This document shows positions 39,693-50,622 of a stretch of 64,000 bases of DNA, piece by piece (the stretch's first letter is position 1; each line of letters opens with the position of its first letter). The notes below the pieces were generated by a model. The model had not been told where the DNA came from and did no database searches. It worked only from the letters and a program-made list of their open reading frames with translations. The translations under genes were made by a program, and so were the position numbers. Source of the stretch: Lentisphaerota bacterium. GTDB lineage: Bacteria > Verrucomicrobiota > Kiritimatiellia > UBA8416 > VGWI01. The DNA lies in contig VGWI01000002.1 in the NCBI GenBank assembly GCA_016873655.1, forward strand, positions 25,357 through 89,356, in the 5' to 3' direction.

Positions 39693-39807
39693 GAATATCC
39701 GCCCGCCGACCGTGTCGCCGGACGCTGCACGACCGATCCCGAAGCGGGGGGGGCGGGAGGACAATCAGGAGTTGCCCGGACCCTCGAGCAGCTTCCTGAG
39801 ACTCCTG

Positions 39808-40881
39808 TCACGGTCGGTTGTGCCGTCCCTTCAGGTCCTTCTTCACGGTTTTCACGTAGCGGCCGAACGCCCTGTCTTTTCTCCGTTTCTCGACGCGGGA
39901 CATGTCGTGATACTCGGCTTCCTGCCTAAGTTTGAGGTAGCTTTGGTAGCGGTCTTCGCTCAACTCCCCGGCATCCAGCGCCGCCAGGACCGCGCAGCCC
40001 GGCTCTCGCGTATGCGTGCAGTCGGCGAAGCGGCATAGCGCGCTGTGTCCGCCAACCTCCCCGAAGGTCGCATCGACGCCTTTGCCGGTCCCAAGGAGCC
40101 CGAGTTCGCGCATGCCGGGGGTATCGATAAGCATGGCGCCGCCGTCGAGAACCACCAACTGCCGGCGTGCCGTCGTGTGCGTTCCTTCGCCGGTCCCGCT
40201 TACGCTTCTGGTCTCCAACGCCTCGCCGCCCATCAGGCGGTTGATCAGCGTGGTCTTCCCGACACCCGATGAGCCGATGAGGCAATACGTCCTGCCCGGC
40301 TCAAGGCATTCCCGGAACGCCCGCAGTCCGATGCCTGTGCTATTGCTGAGCGGGAGAATGCCGGCGGAGATGCCGTTGTTTCTGATTTCGTCCATCTGCC
40401 GCCGCAGTTCATCGCCCGAGACCAGGTCCATCTTGCTCAGCACGATCCGGGGCTCAATCCGTCCGTCGTTGGTCATCACCAGGTACCGGTCAAGCCGGGG
40501 CAGGTTGAAGTCGTACTGGCAGCCCTGGACAATGAAGGCAACGTCTATGTTCGCGGCGATCATCTGGAAATCAACGGACTTGCCGGGGCGTTTGCGCCGC
40601 AGGAAAGTCTTCCGCGGCAGCACTCCATGAATAATGGCCGGGCCTCCCGGCGGCGTCAGCCGGACACACACCCAATCGCCGACACAAGGCAGGTCCACGG
40701 CGGACTGAACGGTGAACCGCAACCTGCCCGCCAGTTCCGCCTGAAGTTCGCCAAGCTGGTTGCGGACAAGAAAAGCATCCCTGTCCACGGCCGTGACGCG
40801 TGCAATGGCGTATCCCTCCTGCCGGAAGGGGGCCGCACGCTCCTCGAACCATCCGTCGAATCCCAATGAGGCCAGTTCCAT
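39808..40881 (-). CDS. rsgA: ribosome small-subunit-dependent GTPase A
   Basis: An OB domain, circularly permuted GTPase motifs (LSKMDL, GSSGVGKTTLINRL, DTPGMRE) and a C-terminal Zn finger, CRFADCTHTREPGC. The start is the internal Met at 40881. Confidence 0.8.
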   Translation of the reverse strand: MELASLGFDGWFEERAAPFRQEGYAIARVTAVDRDAFLVRNQLGELQAELAGRLRFTVQSAVDLPCVGDWVCVRLTPPGGPAIIHGVLPRKTFLRRKRPGKSVDFQMIAANIDVAFIVQGCQYDFNLPRLDRYLVMTNDGRIEPRIVLSKMDLVSGDELRRQMDEIRNNGISAGILPLSNSTGIGLRAFRECLEPGRTYCLIGSSGVGKTTLINRLMGGEALETRSVSGTGEGTHTTARRQLVVLDGGAMLIDTPGMRELGLLGTGKGVDATFGEVGGHSALCRFADCTHTREPGCAVLAALDAGELSEDRYQSYLKLRQEAEYHDMSRVEKRRKDRAFGRYVKTVKKDLKGRHNRP

Positions 40882-41325
40882 GGTCTTCCCGCAATGCAGG
40901 TATGGCGGACCTGCGGCAATCCTCTTATCACCGCCCGCGCCAGAACAGAAAGGCGCCTTCAGCACAGACGCACATCCCCGGGCGTCCCGCGAAGATGGGA
41001 TGTTCTTCCATCCGTCACGGCTTTCCCCCGGACAGTAAGACCGGCGAGGGAGGAGTGGCAAGCGGGTTCCTGTGGCTTGGGGCGAGTCCGTCCCCCGCTC
41101 CGCTTCCTCCGCGACCTCAGCGCCTCCGCGAGATACAGGCCTCCCATACGGCGGCCAAGCCCATGGTTGCACGCAAAATACAGGGTTTTCGGCCTTGCTT
41201 TCGCCGGTCTCCATACGATAGCGTGTGCGGTTCGCGGCCGGTTATGCCGCGATCACTGTTTGCGGTCCCCCGTGCCTCGGGGTACGGAATGAGGGACGCA
41301 GGTGTCTGTAAACCAGGTGTAATCA

Positions 41326-43140
41326 ATGGCAGCAACAAAGAAACAGAAGCGGCGCGTGAACTACGATCTCAAGCAGTTCACCGGCAACGAAGTGGCCGAA
41401 ATGGCCAAGATGTACGAAGAGACCCTGAAGGACTTCTCCGAAGACTCCATCGTCAAGGGCAAGGTGCTGGAAGTACGTGGGAATGAAGTCCTTGTGGATA
41501 TCGGCTACAAGTCCGAAGGCGTCATCCCCCTCAACGAATTCAGCGACCGGCCGGACCTCAAGGCTGGTGACGAGATTGACGTCCTGATCGAGCAGATCGA
41601 AGACGACAACGGCATGGTCGTTCTCAGCAAGGAACGGGCTGACCAGGAAATCAGATGGGCCCGCGTGCGCGAGAGCTGCCAGGAAGGCGGCGTTGTCCAG
41701 GGCCAGATCAAAGCCCGTGTGCGCGGCGGCATGATTGTCAGCGTGGAAGGCGTGGACGCGTTCCTGCCTGGCTCGCAGATTGACGTGATGCCGGTGCACA
41801 ACACCGACCCGTTTGTCGGCAAAACATTCGACTTCAAGGTGTTGAAGATCAGCTCCGAGCGCCGCAACATCATCGTTTCACGTCGCGAGCTGATCGAGGA
41901 AACGCTCAAGTCGAAGAGAAAGCAGCTCCTCGAAACCATCGAAGTGGGCCAGACCCGCAGGGGTGCGGTGAAGAACATCACCGACTTCGGCGCGTTCGTG
42001 GACCTGGACGGCATGGACGGGCTCCTCCACATCACTGACATGAGCTGGGGCCGTATCCGCCATCCGTCGGAGATGGTGAACGTCGGCGACGAAGTCGAAG
42101 TGCTCGTTCTCGACGTTGACCGCGACAAGGAGCGTGTCTCGCTCGGACTGAAACAGAAGACGCCGAACCCGTGGGAGAATATCGAGAGCAAGTACCCGGT
42201 CGGCAGCCGCCTGCGCGGGAAGGTAGTCAACCTGGTTCCCTACGGCGCATTCGTGGAAATCGAGCGCGGTGTGGAAGGCCTCGTGCACGTCTCGGAAATG
42301 TCGTGGACAAAGCGCATCGCCCGCGCGTCGGACATGCTCAACGTCGGCGACGAGGTGGACGTGGTTGTCCTGAACGTGAACTCCGGGGAGCAGAAAATCG
42401 CTCTGGGCATGCGCCAGACGGAAGCCAACCCGTGGGATACGGTGCAGGAGAGATACCCGGTCGGCAGCCGCGTAAGCGGCGCTGTCCGCAACTTCACCTC
42501 CTACGGCGCTTTCATCGAGCTCGAGAGCGGCATAGACGGCATGATCCACGTTTCGGACATGTCCTGGACGCGGAAGATCAACCATCCGTCAGAGCTGCTC
42601 GAGAAGGGCCAGACGGTCGAAGCGGTCGTCCTCGAGGTGGACCCGGAGAACAAGCGCATCAGCCTCGGCCTCAAGCAGGCCCAGGACGATCCGTGGCACA
42701 CGATCGCCGCGCGGTACCACATCGGCCAGCTCGTCAAGGGCAAGGTCACGAAGGTCGCCAGCTTCGGTGCGTTCGTGGAGATCGAAGAGGGCGTGGACGG
42801 GCTCGTCCACATCTCGCAGCTCAGCGATTCGCACGTGGCGAAGGTCACAGACGTGCTGCAGGTCGGTCAGGACGTCGAAGCGCGGGTCATCCGCATCGAC
42901 CGCGACGAACGTCGCATAGGGTTGAGCATCAAGGCAGTCGGTATGGCCGAGGAAGACGTCGTGCGCCAGCAGGAGGATATGTCCATCGGGCTGCGGCCGG
43001 GTGAAGACATGGTTGATCTGGCCGGCGCGTTCGAGGAAGCCTTCGGCACCGCGGGCGAGGAGTGGAGGCCGGGCGGCGGCGGACGCCGTGACCGCGACCG
43101 CGACCGCAGTCGGCGCGAGGACAAGGACGAGGAAGGCTGA
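41326..43140 (+). CDS. rpsA: 30S ribosomal protein S1 (six S1 domains, RD/RGG-rich tail)
   Basis: Repeated S1 motifs (GxV.G.V.....GAFV.L..GV.GL.H.S). The C-terminus is GGGRRDRDRDRSRREDKDEEG. Confidence 0.95.
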   Translation: MAATKKQKRRVNYDLKQFTGNEVAEMAKMYEETLKDFSEDSIVKGKVLEVRGNEVLVDIGYKSEGVIPLNEFSDRPDLKAGDEIDVLIEQIEDDNGMVVLSKERADQEIRWARVRESCQEGGVVQGQIKARVRGGMIVSVEGVDAFLPGSQIDVMPVHNTDPFVGKTFDFKVLKISSERRNIIVSRRELIEETLKSKRKQLLETIEVGQTRRGAVKNITDFGAFVDLDGMDGLLHITDMSWGRIRHPSEMVNVGDEVEVLVLDVDRDKERVSLGLKQKTPNPWENIESKYPVGSRLRGKVVNLVPYGAFVEIERGVEGLVHVSEMSWTKRIARASDMLNVGDEVDVVVLNVNSGEQKIALGMRQTEANPWDTVQERYPVGSRVSGAVRNFTSYGAFIELESGIDGMIHVSDMSWTRKINHPSELLEKGQTVEAVVLEVDPENKRISLGLKQAQDDPWHTIAARYHIGQLVKGKVTKVASFGAFVEIEEGVDGLVHISQLSDSHVAKVTDVLQVGQDVEARVIRIDRDERRIGLSIKAVGMAEEDVVRQQEDMSIGLRPGEDMVDLAGAFEEAFGTAGEEWRPGGGGRRDRDRDRSRREDKDEEG

Positions 43141-43169
43141 GGCGCCTTCTCAAGATCAGGTAAACGCGG

Positions 43170-43200
43170 AAAAGGCGCCTTTCACGGCGCCTTTTCCTTC
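43170..43200 (+). terminator. rho-independent terminator after rpsA
   Basis: AAAAGGCGCC-TTTCAC-GGCGCCTTTTCCTT: a 10-bp GC stem followed by a T-run. Confidence 0.55.
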
Positions 43201-43217
43201 TACGGAGGTATCTGCCC

Positions 43218-44483
43218 GTGGAATCGGTTCTGGACATCCTCAAGCAGCGCGGCCTTTTCGACGCCGTAACCTCGGAAGAACTCGCCCGGACACTTCGCGA
43301 GCCGGTGACACTGTATGCCGGCTTCGACCCGAGCGCGCCGAGTCTCGGTGTCGGGAACATGGTGACGCTGATGGTGCTGTCCCATTTTCAGCGCTGCGGA
43401 CACCGCGTCGTCGCGCTGGTCGGCGGAGCCACCGGCATGATCGGCGACCCGTCCGGCAAGTCGGCCGAACGCCAGCTCCTCGGCCGTGAAGACATCGATA
43501 GAAACGTGCGGGGCATCACCGGGAACATCTCGCGGTTCCTGGACTTCGAACACCCATCCGCCCCGGCCCGCCTCGTCAATAACGAAGAGTGGCTTGGCCG
43601 CTTCACTTTCATCGAGTTTCTCAGGGATGTCGGCAAGCATTTCCGGATGGGCGCGATGCTTTCCCGCGACAGTGTGCGCGCGCGTCTCGACAGCGAGGGC
43701 GGGATGAGCTTCACCGAGTTCAGCTACGCCCTGCTGCAGGCGTATGACTTCCTCCATCTCCATGACACCTGCGGGTGCGTTCTCCAGGTCGGCGGATCAG
43801 ACCAGTGGGGCAACATCACCGCCGGAACCGACCTCGTGAGACGGCTGCGCGGCCGCGAGGTGTTTGGTCTGACGTTTCCCCTTCTGACCGACTCTGCCGG
43901 CCAGAAGTTCGGTAAGAGCGAGGGCAACTCCGTGTACCTCGACGCGGGGATGACATCGTGTTACGCGTTCTACCAGTTCTTCCTGCGCGCGGCCGATTCC
44001 GACGTTGACCGGCTGCTGCGGGTATTCACGTTCCTGCCGGAAAATGAGCTGGCCGCGCTTGCGGAACAGACACGGACCGCGCCCGAGAAGCGGGAAGCGC
44101 AGCGGACACTTGCGGAAGAAGTGACGCGGATGGCGCACGGCCGGGCCGGACTGGAAAAGGCGCGCCGCGCAAGCGAAGTGCTCTTCGGCGGGCCTGTCGC
44201 GGGAATTGCCGCGGATGACGCGCTCGAAATATTCGCGCACGTTCCGTCAACCGAAGCGGCCCGCGGCGGATTCGTGGGCCGCCCGGTGGCTGAAGTGGCC
44301 GCGGAAAGCGGCCTGTGCCAGAGCAAGAGCGCGGCCCGCCGGCTTGCGCAGAGCGGCGGGCTCTATGCGGGCGACCGCCGTGTCTCGCAGGAAGACACGG
44401 TGCTCGAAGGCGACCTGCTTGACGGCAGACTGCTTGTTCTCCGGTCGGGCAAGAAGACCTTCCGCCTTGTGAAACTGGTGTAG
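43218..44483 (+). CDS. tyrS: tyrosine--tRNA ligase
   Basis: A GTG start with an SD, GGAGGT. A HIGH-like region GFDPSAPSLGVGN, a KMSKS-like KFGKS, and a C-terminal S4 domain. Confidence 0.9.
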   Translation: MESVLDILKQRGLFDAVTSEELARTLREPVTLYAGFDPSAPSLGVGNMVTLMVLSHFQRCGHRVVALVGGATGMIGDPSGKSAERQLLGREDIDRNVRGITGNISRFLDFEHPSAPARLVNNEEWLGRFTFIEFLRDVGKHFRMGAMLSRDSVRARLDSEGGMSFTEFSYALLQAYDFLHLHDTCGCVLQVGGSDQWGNITAGTDLVRRLRGREVFGLTFPLLTDSAGQKFGKSEGNSVYLDAGMTSCYAFYQFFLRAADSDVDRLLRVFTFLPENELAALAEQTRTAPEKREAQRTLAEEVTRMAHGRAGLEKARRASEVLFGGPVAGIAADDALEIFAHVPSTEAARGGFVGRPVAEVAAESGLCQSKSAARRLAQSGGLYAGDRRVSQEDTVLEGDLLDGRLLVLRSGKKTFRLVKLV

Positions 44484-44555
44484 CCGGCAGACCTTGGGCC
44501 TGCCGGCTGTCATGGCGATTCCTGCGATGGGACTGTCTGGAGACGGGTTTGCCAA

Positions 44556-47402
44556 ATGTCACGCGACGCCATCCTTATCACCGGTGCACGTGAACACAAT
44601 CTCAAGGACGTCACCGTCTCCATCCCTCGCAACCGCCTCACGGTCATCACAGGCCTGAGCGGGTCGGGCAAATCCTCCCTCGCCTTCGACACGCTCTACG
44701 CGGAAGGCCAGCGCCGTTACGTCGAAAGCCTGTCCGCCTACGCGCGCCAGTTCCTCGACCAGCTTCAGAAGCCCGACGTTGATTCCATTGACGGGCTGTC
44801 GCCGGCGATAGCGATCGAACAGCGCACCGCCGGTTCGAACCCGCGCTCGATCGTCGCGACAACCACGGAGATCCACGACTATCTCCGGCTCCTCTACGGC
44901 AGCGTAGGCGTCGCGCATTGCCCCCGCTGCGGCAGAAGGGTCGCCCGACAGAGCGCGGAGCAGATCGTTGACCAGCTTCTCAGGCTCCCCGAAGGCGCGA
45001 AGGTCTCGCTCCTTGCTCCGCTCGTGCGCGGCCGCAAGGGGACGCACGATGACGTCTTTGCCGAGCTTCGCCGCCAGGGATTCGTCCGCGCTCGAATTGA
45101 CGGCGCGCTATGCGAAACCGACAGCCTTCCGAAACTGGAGAAGACGAAGGCGCACACGATAGAGGCCGTCGTGGACCGGCTTGCGGTCTCGGCGAAGGTC
45201 AGGACTCGCCTCACCGATTCCGTCGAGCTCGCCCTGAAACACGGCAAGGGGCTGATCTCGGCCCTGGTCCAGCGCGAGGGCACGGAGGTTTCCGAACAGG
45301 TGTTCTCCGAACTCAACGCCTGCCCGGACTGCTCGATCAGCTTCGAGGAACTCAAGCCCCGCCATTTCTCCTTCAACAGCCCATACGGCGCATGTCCCGC
45401 GTGCTCCGGGCTGGGAACGGTTCTCGTGTTCGACGAGGAACTGCTCGTCCCCGACCCCTCGCTATCCATCGCCGACGGCGCAATCCAGGCCTGGCGGCGC
45501 GGCGGGCGCAGGCTGATCCTCTATTACCGCGGCCTGCTCCGCTGCGTGGCCGCACATTACGGTTTTGACACCGCCACGCCATACAAGGACCTGCCGGAGA
45601 ACATACGCCGGATACTCATGTACGGGTCTGACACGGAAGAGGTCGAGTTCGGCTACTGGCGCGGCGGCGCGTACCGGCGTCACATGAAACCGTTCGAGGG
45701 GGTGATCCCGAACCTCCGCCGCAGGCTGGAGGAAACCGACAGCGACTACACGCGCCAGCGCCTGCGCGGCTACATGAGCCGCAAGCCCTGCGGCGACTGC
45801 CGCGGCACCCGCCTGAAGCCCGAGGTGACCGCGTGCACCGTGGCCGGCAGGAGCATAGTCGAAATCCTCCGCATGTCGGTTGACGAAGCCGCGGTATTCT
45901 TCAAGAACATCGAACTCGCCGAAAGCGAACTGGGAATCGTGAGGGACGTATTGAAGGAGATACGCGCCCGGCTGGGATTCCTCGTTCACGTCGGGCTCGA
46001 ATACCTGACGCTGGACCGGGAGAGCGGCACGCTTTCCGGCGGCGAAGCCCAGAGAATACGCCTGGCGACCCAGATCGGGTCCGGGCTCGTCGGCGTTCTC
46101 TACGTCCTCGATGAGCCCACCATCGGCCTGCATCAGCGCGACAACCAGCGGCTCATATCAATGCTCAAGGCGCTCCGCGATCTCGGGAACACCGTCGTAA
46201 CCGTCGAACATGACGAGGAAATGGTCCGCCAGGCGGACTACGTGATAGATCTGGGACCAGGGGCCGGGCGGCACGGCGGCGAAGTGATCTGCGCCGGAAC
46301 GGTCGCCGAACTGCTCTCCCACCCCGTCTCGCTAACGGCGAAGTTCCTGCGCGGCGAGGAGACCGTGCACACCCCCGCCCCGCGCCGCCCGCGCAACAAG
46401 GCGGAACTGCGCATAGTCGGCGCGAAGGAAAACAACCTTCTCTCAATCAACGTGACCATCCCGCTCGGCCTGCTCGTCTGCGTTACCGGCGTGTCCGGCA
46501 GCGGCAAGAGCACGCTGGTTGACGAGATCCTCAAGAAGGCCCTGTTCCGCCATTTCTTCAATTCCCCCGAAACCCCGGGCCGGCACACCCGCATAACGGG
46601 CCTGCAGCACCTCGACAAGGTGATAGTGATAGACCAGTCGCCCATAGGCCGCACGCCACGCAGCAACCCGGCAACCTACACCGGCGCCTTCGACGTGATA
46701 CGCGGACTGTTCGCGCAGGTGCCCTCGGCACGGGCGCGCGGCTACAAGGCCGGCCGCTTCAGCTTCAACGTCAAGGGCGGCCGCTGCGAGACGTGCAAGG
46801 GCGACGGAATGCTGAAACTCGAAATGCATTTCCTGCCCGATGTCTACGTAACCTGCGAACAATGCGGCGGCGCGCGCTACAACCGCGAAACGCTGGAAAT
46901 CCGGTACGCGGACCGGACCATCGCCGAAGTGCTCGGTCTGACGATTGACGACGCCCTGGAGACGTTCCGCAACGTGGCTGGAATCGAGCGGCGGCTCCGG
47001 ACCCTCTCGGAAGTGGGACTGGGCTACTTGCATCTGGGCCAGCCAGCCACTACACTTTCCGGCGGCGAGGCGCAGAGGGTGAAGCTCGCGGCGGAACTCA
47101 GCAAGGTCTCCACCGGCCGCACGCTGTACCTTCTCGACGAGCCCACGACCGGCCTGCATTTCGCCGACATTCAGAAGCTGCTGCAGGTTCTGATGCGGCT
47201 GCGCGACGCCGGGAATTCGATTGTCGTCATTGAACACAATCTTGACGTCATCAGAACGGCCGATCATATCGTTGATCTCGGCCCGGAAGGCGGCAACCGC
47301 GGGGGGCGGCTCGTCGCCGAGGGCACGCCCGAGGAGATTGCAGAATGCCCGGACTCCTACACGGGGCACTACCTGAAAGAAGTGCTCGGAAAACAGGCAT
47401 GA
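44556..47402 (+). CDS. uvrA: excinuclease ABC subunit A
   Basis: Two ABC modules (GLSGSGKSSLAFDT, GVSGSGKSTLV), Zn-finger Cys pairs and a length of 948 aa. Confidence 0.95.
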   Translation: MSRDAILITGAREHNLKDVTVSIPRNRLTVITGLSGSGKSSLAFDTLYAEGQRRYVESLSAYARQFLDQLQKPDVDSIDGLSPAIAIEQRTAGSNPRSIVATTTEIHDYLRLLYGSVGVAHCPRCGRRVARQSAEQIVDQLLRLPEGAKVSLLAPLVRGRKGTHDDVFAELRRQGFVRARIDGALCETDSLPKLEKTKAHTIEAVVDRLAVSAKVRTRLTDSVELALKHGKGLISALVQREGTEVSEQVFSELNACPDCSISFEELKPRHFSFNSPYGACPACSGLGTVLVFDEELLVPDPSLSIADGAIQAWRRGGRRLILYYRGLLRCVAAHYGFDTATPYKDLPENIRRILMYGSDTEEVEFGYWRGGAYRRHMKPFEGVIPNLRRRLEETDSDYTRQRLRGYMSRKPCGDCRGTRLKPEVTACTVAGRSIVEILRMSVDEAAVFFKNIELAESELGIVRDVLKEIRARLGFLVHVGLEYLTLDRESGTLSGGEAQRIRLATQIGSGLVGVLYVLDEPTIGLHQRDNQRLISMLKALRDLGNTVVTVEHDEEMVRQADYVIDLGPGAGRHGGEVICAGTVAELLSHPVSLTAKFLRGEETVHTPAPRRPRNKAELRIVGAKENNLLSINVTIPLGLLVCVTGVSGSGKSTLVDEILKKALFRHFFNSPETPGRHTRITGLQHLDKVIVIDQSPIGRTPRSNPATYTGAFDVIRGLFAQVPSARARGYKAGRFSFNVKGGRCETCKGDGMLKLEMHFLPDVYVTCEQCGGARYNRETLEIRYADRTIAEVLGLTIDDALETFRNVAGIERRLRTLSEVGLGYLHLGQPATTLSGGEAQRVKLAAELSKVSTGRTLYLLDEPTTGLHFADIQKLLQVLMRLRDAGNSIVVIEHNLDVIRTADHIVDLGPEGGNRGGRLVAEGTPEEIAECPDSYTGHYLKEVLGKQA

Positions 47403-49936
47403 GAAGCCTGTTTCTGCCTTTCACGATGGCCGCGCTGCTGGCCGCCATGCCGGCCGCCGCCGACACGGCGGCGTCAACAAACCAGGCCGCCGCCCTTCTC
47501 CGCGCCCGGTCCGCCATCCAAGACGGGCTCTTCCGGATGGCGGCGGCGGAATTGACCCCGTGCCTCGACAACTCCGCCGCCTCCTCCTCGGAAGCGCGCG
47601 AAGCCCTGCTGCTTCTCTGCAGGGCTCTGTTCGAGGACATGCGCGGCGCCGATATCGTCCGATACACGGACCCGGCGCAGCCGTGGATCGCCCGGGCCGG
47701 ACCTTCGCACGAGATATCGTTCTGGCGTGCCGGCGGCTTGTTCCTCGAGGGTCGCGACGAAGAGGCGTGCTCCGCCCTGAAGGAAATCGAGGACGTTTTC
47801 CCCGCCGGATCTGAATACGCCGGACGTGTTCTGCGCCTGTCGGCGCGCTGCGCGGCGCGCTGCGGCAGGCCGGCCGACTCGATCGCGGCAATGCAGCGCT
47901 TTGACAATGAGCATCCGGGCTCACCCGATTCTTTGCGCAACCTCCTCGAACTGGCATCACTTCTCCGGAAAACCGGCCGCACCGACGATGCCATCGCGGC
48001 GCTCCGCCGGCTCGCCGCGATGCCGGAGGCGGCCGATGCCGTGACTGAAGGACGTTTCCTGCTTGGCCAGATCTTGAGCGAGTCGGGCCAGATGGCCGAG
48101 GCCGAAACCGCGCTGCTTCCCCTTTCCGGCGGAGGCCCGACCGTGACAACACAGCTCCAGGCGCGGGCATGCATCCTCCTTGCTCAAGTCCGTTCGGCGG
48201 CCGGAAGACCGGACGAAGCGATCGAATCCGCCCGCAGCGCCTTCGCGCTGGCAGTGGCGCCCGAGGTGAAAAGACGCGCGGGCCTGGTGCTCGGGAAGCT
48301 GCTGGTCGAACGCGGCGAGGTCGAAGAGGGCGTTCCGCTCGTCAAGGCTTTCATCGCTTCGGGCGCAACAAACGAGGAGGCGCAGGTCACCCACCTGCAG
48401 CTCGCCGAAGAACTCCTGAAGCAGGGCCGCTACGACCGGGCCGCCCAGGAATTCCAGAACTTCGAGGAGGCGTTCCCTGCCAGCGCAAGAAGCGGTTTCT
48501 CCCTGCGCGGCAAGGGATGGGCCATGTACCGGCTGGGCCGCTTCTCCGAAGCCGCGGCATCCTTCGCCGGGGCCGCCGAGCGCATGAAGGATAAACAGGA
48601 CCAGCTCCTGTGCCGGTTCAGAACCGGCGACGCCCTGTTTGCGAACGCTTCCTACAGGCAGGCCTTCGCCGCCTACGAATCGGTCCTTGCCGATGCGGAT
48701 GCCGGCGACCTGGCCCCGGGCGCGGCCTTCCAGGCCGCTGAATGCATGATGCGGGAAGGCGAAAAAGCCGCCGCGCTCGCAGCGTTCACCAACATGGTTG
48801 CCCGCTGGCCCACCAACGCCCTCGCCGCCGACGCGCTGCTGCGGATTGCCGAGGCCCACAGACAGGAAAGGCGCTGGGGTGACGCCGCCCGGGCATACGA
48901 AACGGCAGCCGCTTCCGTCACCGACACAAACCGCCTCGCCGAGGCCATGCACGGGCTCGGGATCGTGCATTACCAGCTGTTCGACTTCGCCTCGGCTCTG
49001 CGCAACTTCAACGCTGTGATCGCGCGCACTCCAACATCCAAGGCGGCGGAACAGGCCGAGTACATGGCAGGCCTGTGTAACTACTGGCTGGGCCATGACG
49101 AAAAGGCCCTTGCGGCCTGGGACGCGTTTCTCCAGAAACGCCCGGCCTCGGAATGGGCGCCGGACGTCCATTTCTGGCGCTCAAAACTGAGGTTCAACAA
49201 TGACAGTTTTGCCGCCGCACAGAGCAACTTCCTCGCCTTCGCGGAATCGTACCCCGCGCACCAGATGGCCGATGACGCGCTTCTGTGGGCGGCGCGCGCC
49301 GCCGCGCGCCGGCGGGAATTCCTGCGGGCCACCGAGTTGCTGGGCCGCCTCCTGCGCGATTTCCCCGGGTCCGACAGGCTTGCCGAGGCGCGGTTCACCC
49401 AGGCCGAAACGCTTATGGAACTGGCGCGCTATCCCGAGGCGATCCTTGCCCTGGACGAGATCATCCAGAAGTACCCCGACAGCGAACTCGTGCCGGCCTC
49501 CTGGGGCAGGAAGGGCGACTGCCACTTCACGCTCGGCGCCGAAGACCCGCGCCGTTACTCGGAAAGCATGGACTCGTATGCCGCCGCCGCCAACCACCCG
49601 GCTTCGCCCCCGGACCTGGCGCTGCAGGCCGAGTGCAAGATCGGCCGGTGCATGGAGAAGCTCGGGAGGCCTGACGACGCCCTGAAGCAGTACTACATGA
49701 AGGTCGTTGTCCCGTTCATGGCCCAGCGCGAGAAAGGGGTTTGGCAGAACGAAGCCGCCAAGGTATGGTTCACGAGGGCGGCGTTTAACGCGGCCGATCT
49801 GCTCGAACAGCGCGGCGAATGGAAGAAGGCCTCGCGCATCCTGGAAAGGGTGGTCGAGGCGGGTGTTCCTTCGGCAGCACAGGCGCGCGAGCGGATAGAG
49901 AAAATTACGGCGGAACACGCGGGCGCCTTTCGCTGA
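47399..49936 (+). CDS. large TPR-repeat protein with signal peptide
   Basis: The ATG overlaps the uvrA stop. The signal peptide is MRSLFLPFTMAALLAAMPAAA, followed by many TPR-like helical repeats. It precedes exbB/exbD. Confidence 0.7.
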   Translation: MRSLFLPFTMAALLAAMPAAADTAASTNQAAALLRARSAIQDGLFRMAAAELTPCLDNSAASSSEAREALLLLCRALFEDMRGADIVRYTDPAQPWIARAGPSHEISFWRAGGLFLEGRDEEACSALKEIEDVFPAGSEYAGRVLRLSARCAARCGRPADSIAAMQRFDNEHPGSPDSLRNLLELASLLRKTGRTDDAIAALRRLAAMPEAADAVTEGRFLLGQILSESGQMAEAETALLPLSGGGPTVTTQLQARACILLAQVRSAAGRPDEAIESARSAFALAVAPEVKRRAGLVLGKLLVERGEVEEGVPLVKAFIASGATNEEAQVTHLQLAEELLKQGRYDRAAQEFQNFEEAFPASARSGFSLRGKGWAMYRLGRFSEAAASFAGAAERMKDKQDQLLCRFRTGDALFANASYRQAFAAYESVLADADAGDLAPGAAFQAAECMMREGEKAAALAAFTNMVARWPTNALAADALLRIAEAHRQERRWGDAARAYETAAASVTDTNRLAEAMHGLGIVHYQLFDFASALRNFNAVIARTPTSKAAEQAEYMAGLCNYWLGHDEKALAAWDAFLQKRPASEWAPDVHFWRSKLRFNNDSFAAAQSNFLAFAESYPAHQMADDALLWAARAAARRREFLRATELLGRLLRDFPGSDRLAEARFTQAETLMELARYPEAILALDEIIQKYPDSELVPASWGRKGDCHFTLGAEDPRRYSESMDSYAAAANHPASPPDLALQAECKIGRCMEKLGRPDDALKQYYMKVVVPFMAQREKGVWQNEAAKVWFTRAAFNAADLLEQRGEWKKASRILERVVEAGVPSAAQARERIEKITAEHAGAFR

Positions 49937-49962
49937 CATTACCGCGTACGGGAGCCTGAAAT

Positions 49963-50622
49963 ATGCCCTTGTATCTCCTTTCACGCGGCGGCGCGCTGGT
50001 CTGGGTCATCTTCGGCGCCGGCATGGTCGCCCTCGGCGTCTTCATCGAACGGTCGCTGCATCTCCACAGGGCGCGCATACGCGCCGAGGACTTCATGCGC
50101 GGCATAAAGAACAACCTCATCCGCGGCAACATTTCCGAATCCCTTTCCATATGCGACGGCACGCCCGGCCCGGTAGCCCACGTCGTCAAGACGGCCATCC
50201 TTCACAGGTCCGGCGGCAAGGATGAGATCCAGAAGGCGATGCAGGAGGCGGCGCTCTCCGAGACCTCGCGCATGGAACGCAGGCTGGTAGTGCTCGCAAC
50301 AGTCGCGCAGATTGCTCCGGTCCTCGGCCTCCTCGGGACCGTGCTGGGAATGCTCCGGTCGCTCCTGGTGATCCGCGGACACGGCGCCCTCGTGCAGTCA
50401 ACCGATGTCACGGACGGCCTGATGTCGGCGCTGGTTACAACGGCGGCCGGCCTGTCAGTCGCCATCCCGTGCTATATCGGGTTCAACATACTTGTGATAC
50501 GGATCGACCGGCTCGTGCTCGACATGGAGCGCGTCGCGTCGGAAATGACTGCATTCCTCGACGAAAACAGGGCAACCATCGGGACGGGCAACAATCATGT
50601 TCCTTCGGAAACCGGCAAGTGA
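49963..50622 (+). CDS. exbB: MotA/TolQ/ExbB proton-channel family protein
   Basis: A 3-TM topology with a conserved TolQ-like motif, LGTVLGM. Confidence 0.85.
   Translation: MPLYLLSRGGALVWVIFGAGMVALGVFIERSLHLHRARIRAEDFMRGIKNNLIRGNISESLSICDGTPGPVAHVVKTAILHRSGGKDEIQKAMQEAALSETSRMERRLVVLATVAQIAPVLGLLGTVLGMLRSLLVIRGHGALVQSTDVTDGLMSALVTTAAGLSVAIPCYIGFNILVIRIDRLVLDMERVASEMTAFLDENRATIGTGNNHVPSETGK

Noticed and set aside
40621-40640. CATGAATAATGG, an 11-nt match to the MITE terminal repeat inside rsgA.
   Set aside because: It lies in frame in conserved coding sequence (encoding AIIHGV). It has no second terminal repeat and no element-body similarity. It is most likely a chance match.
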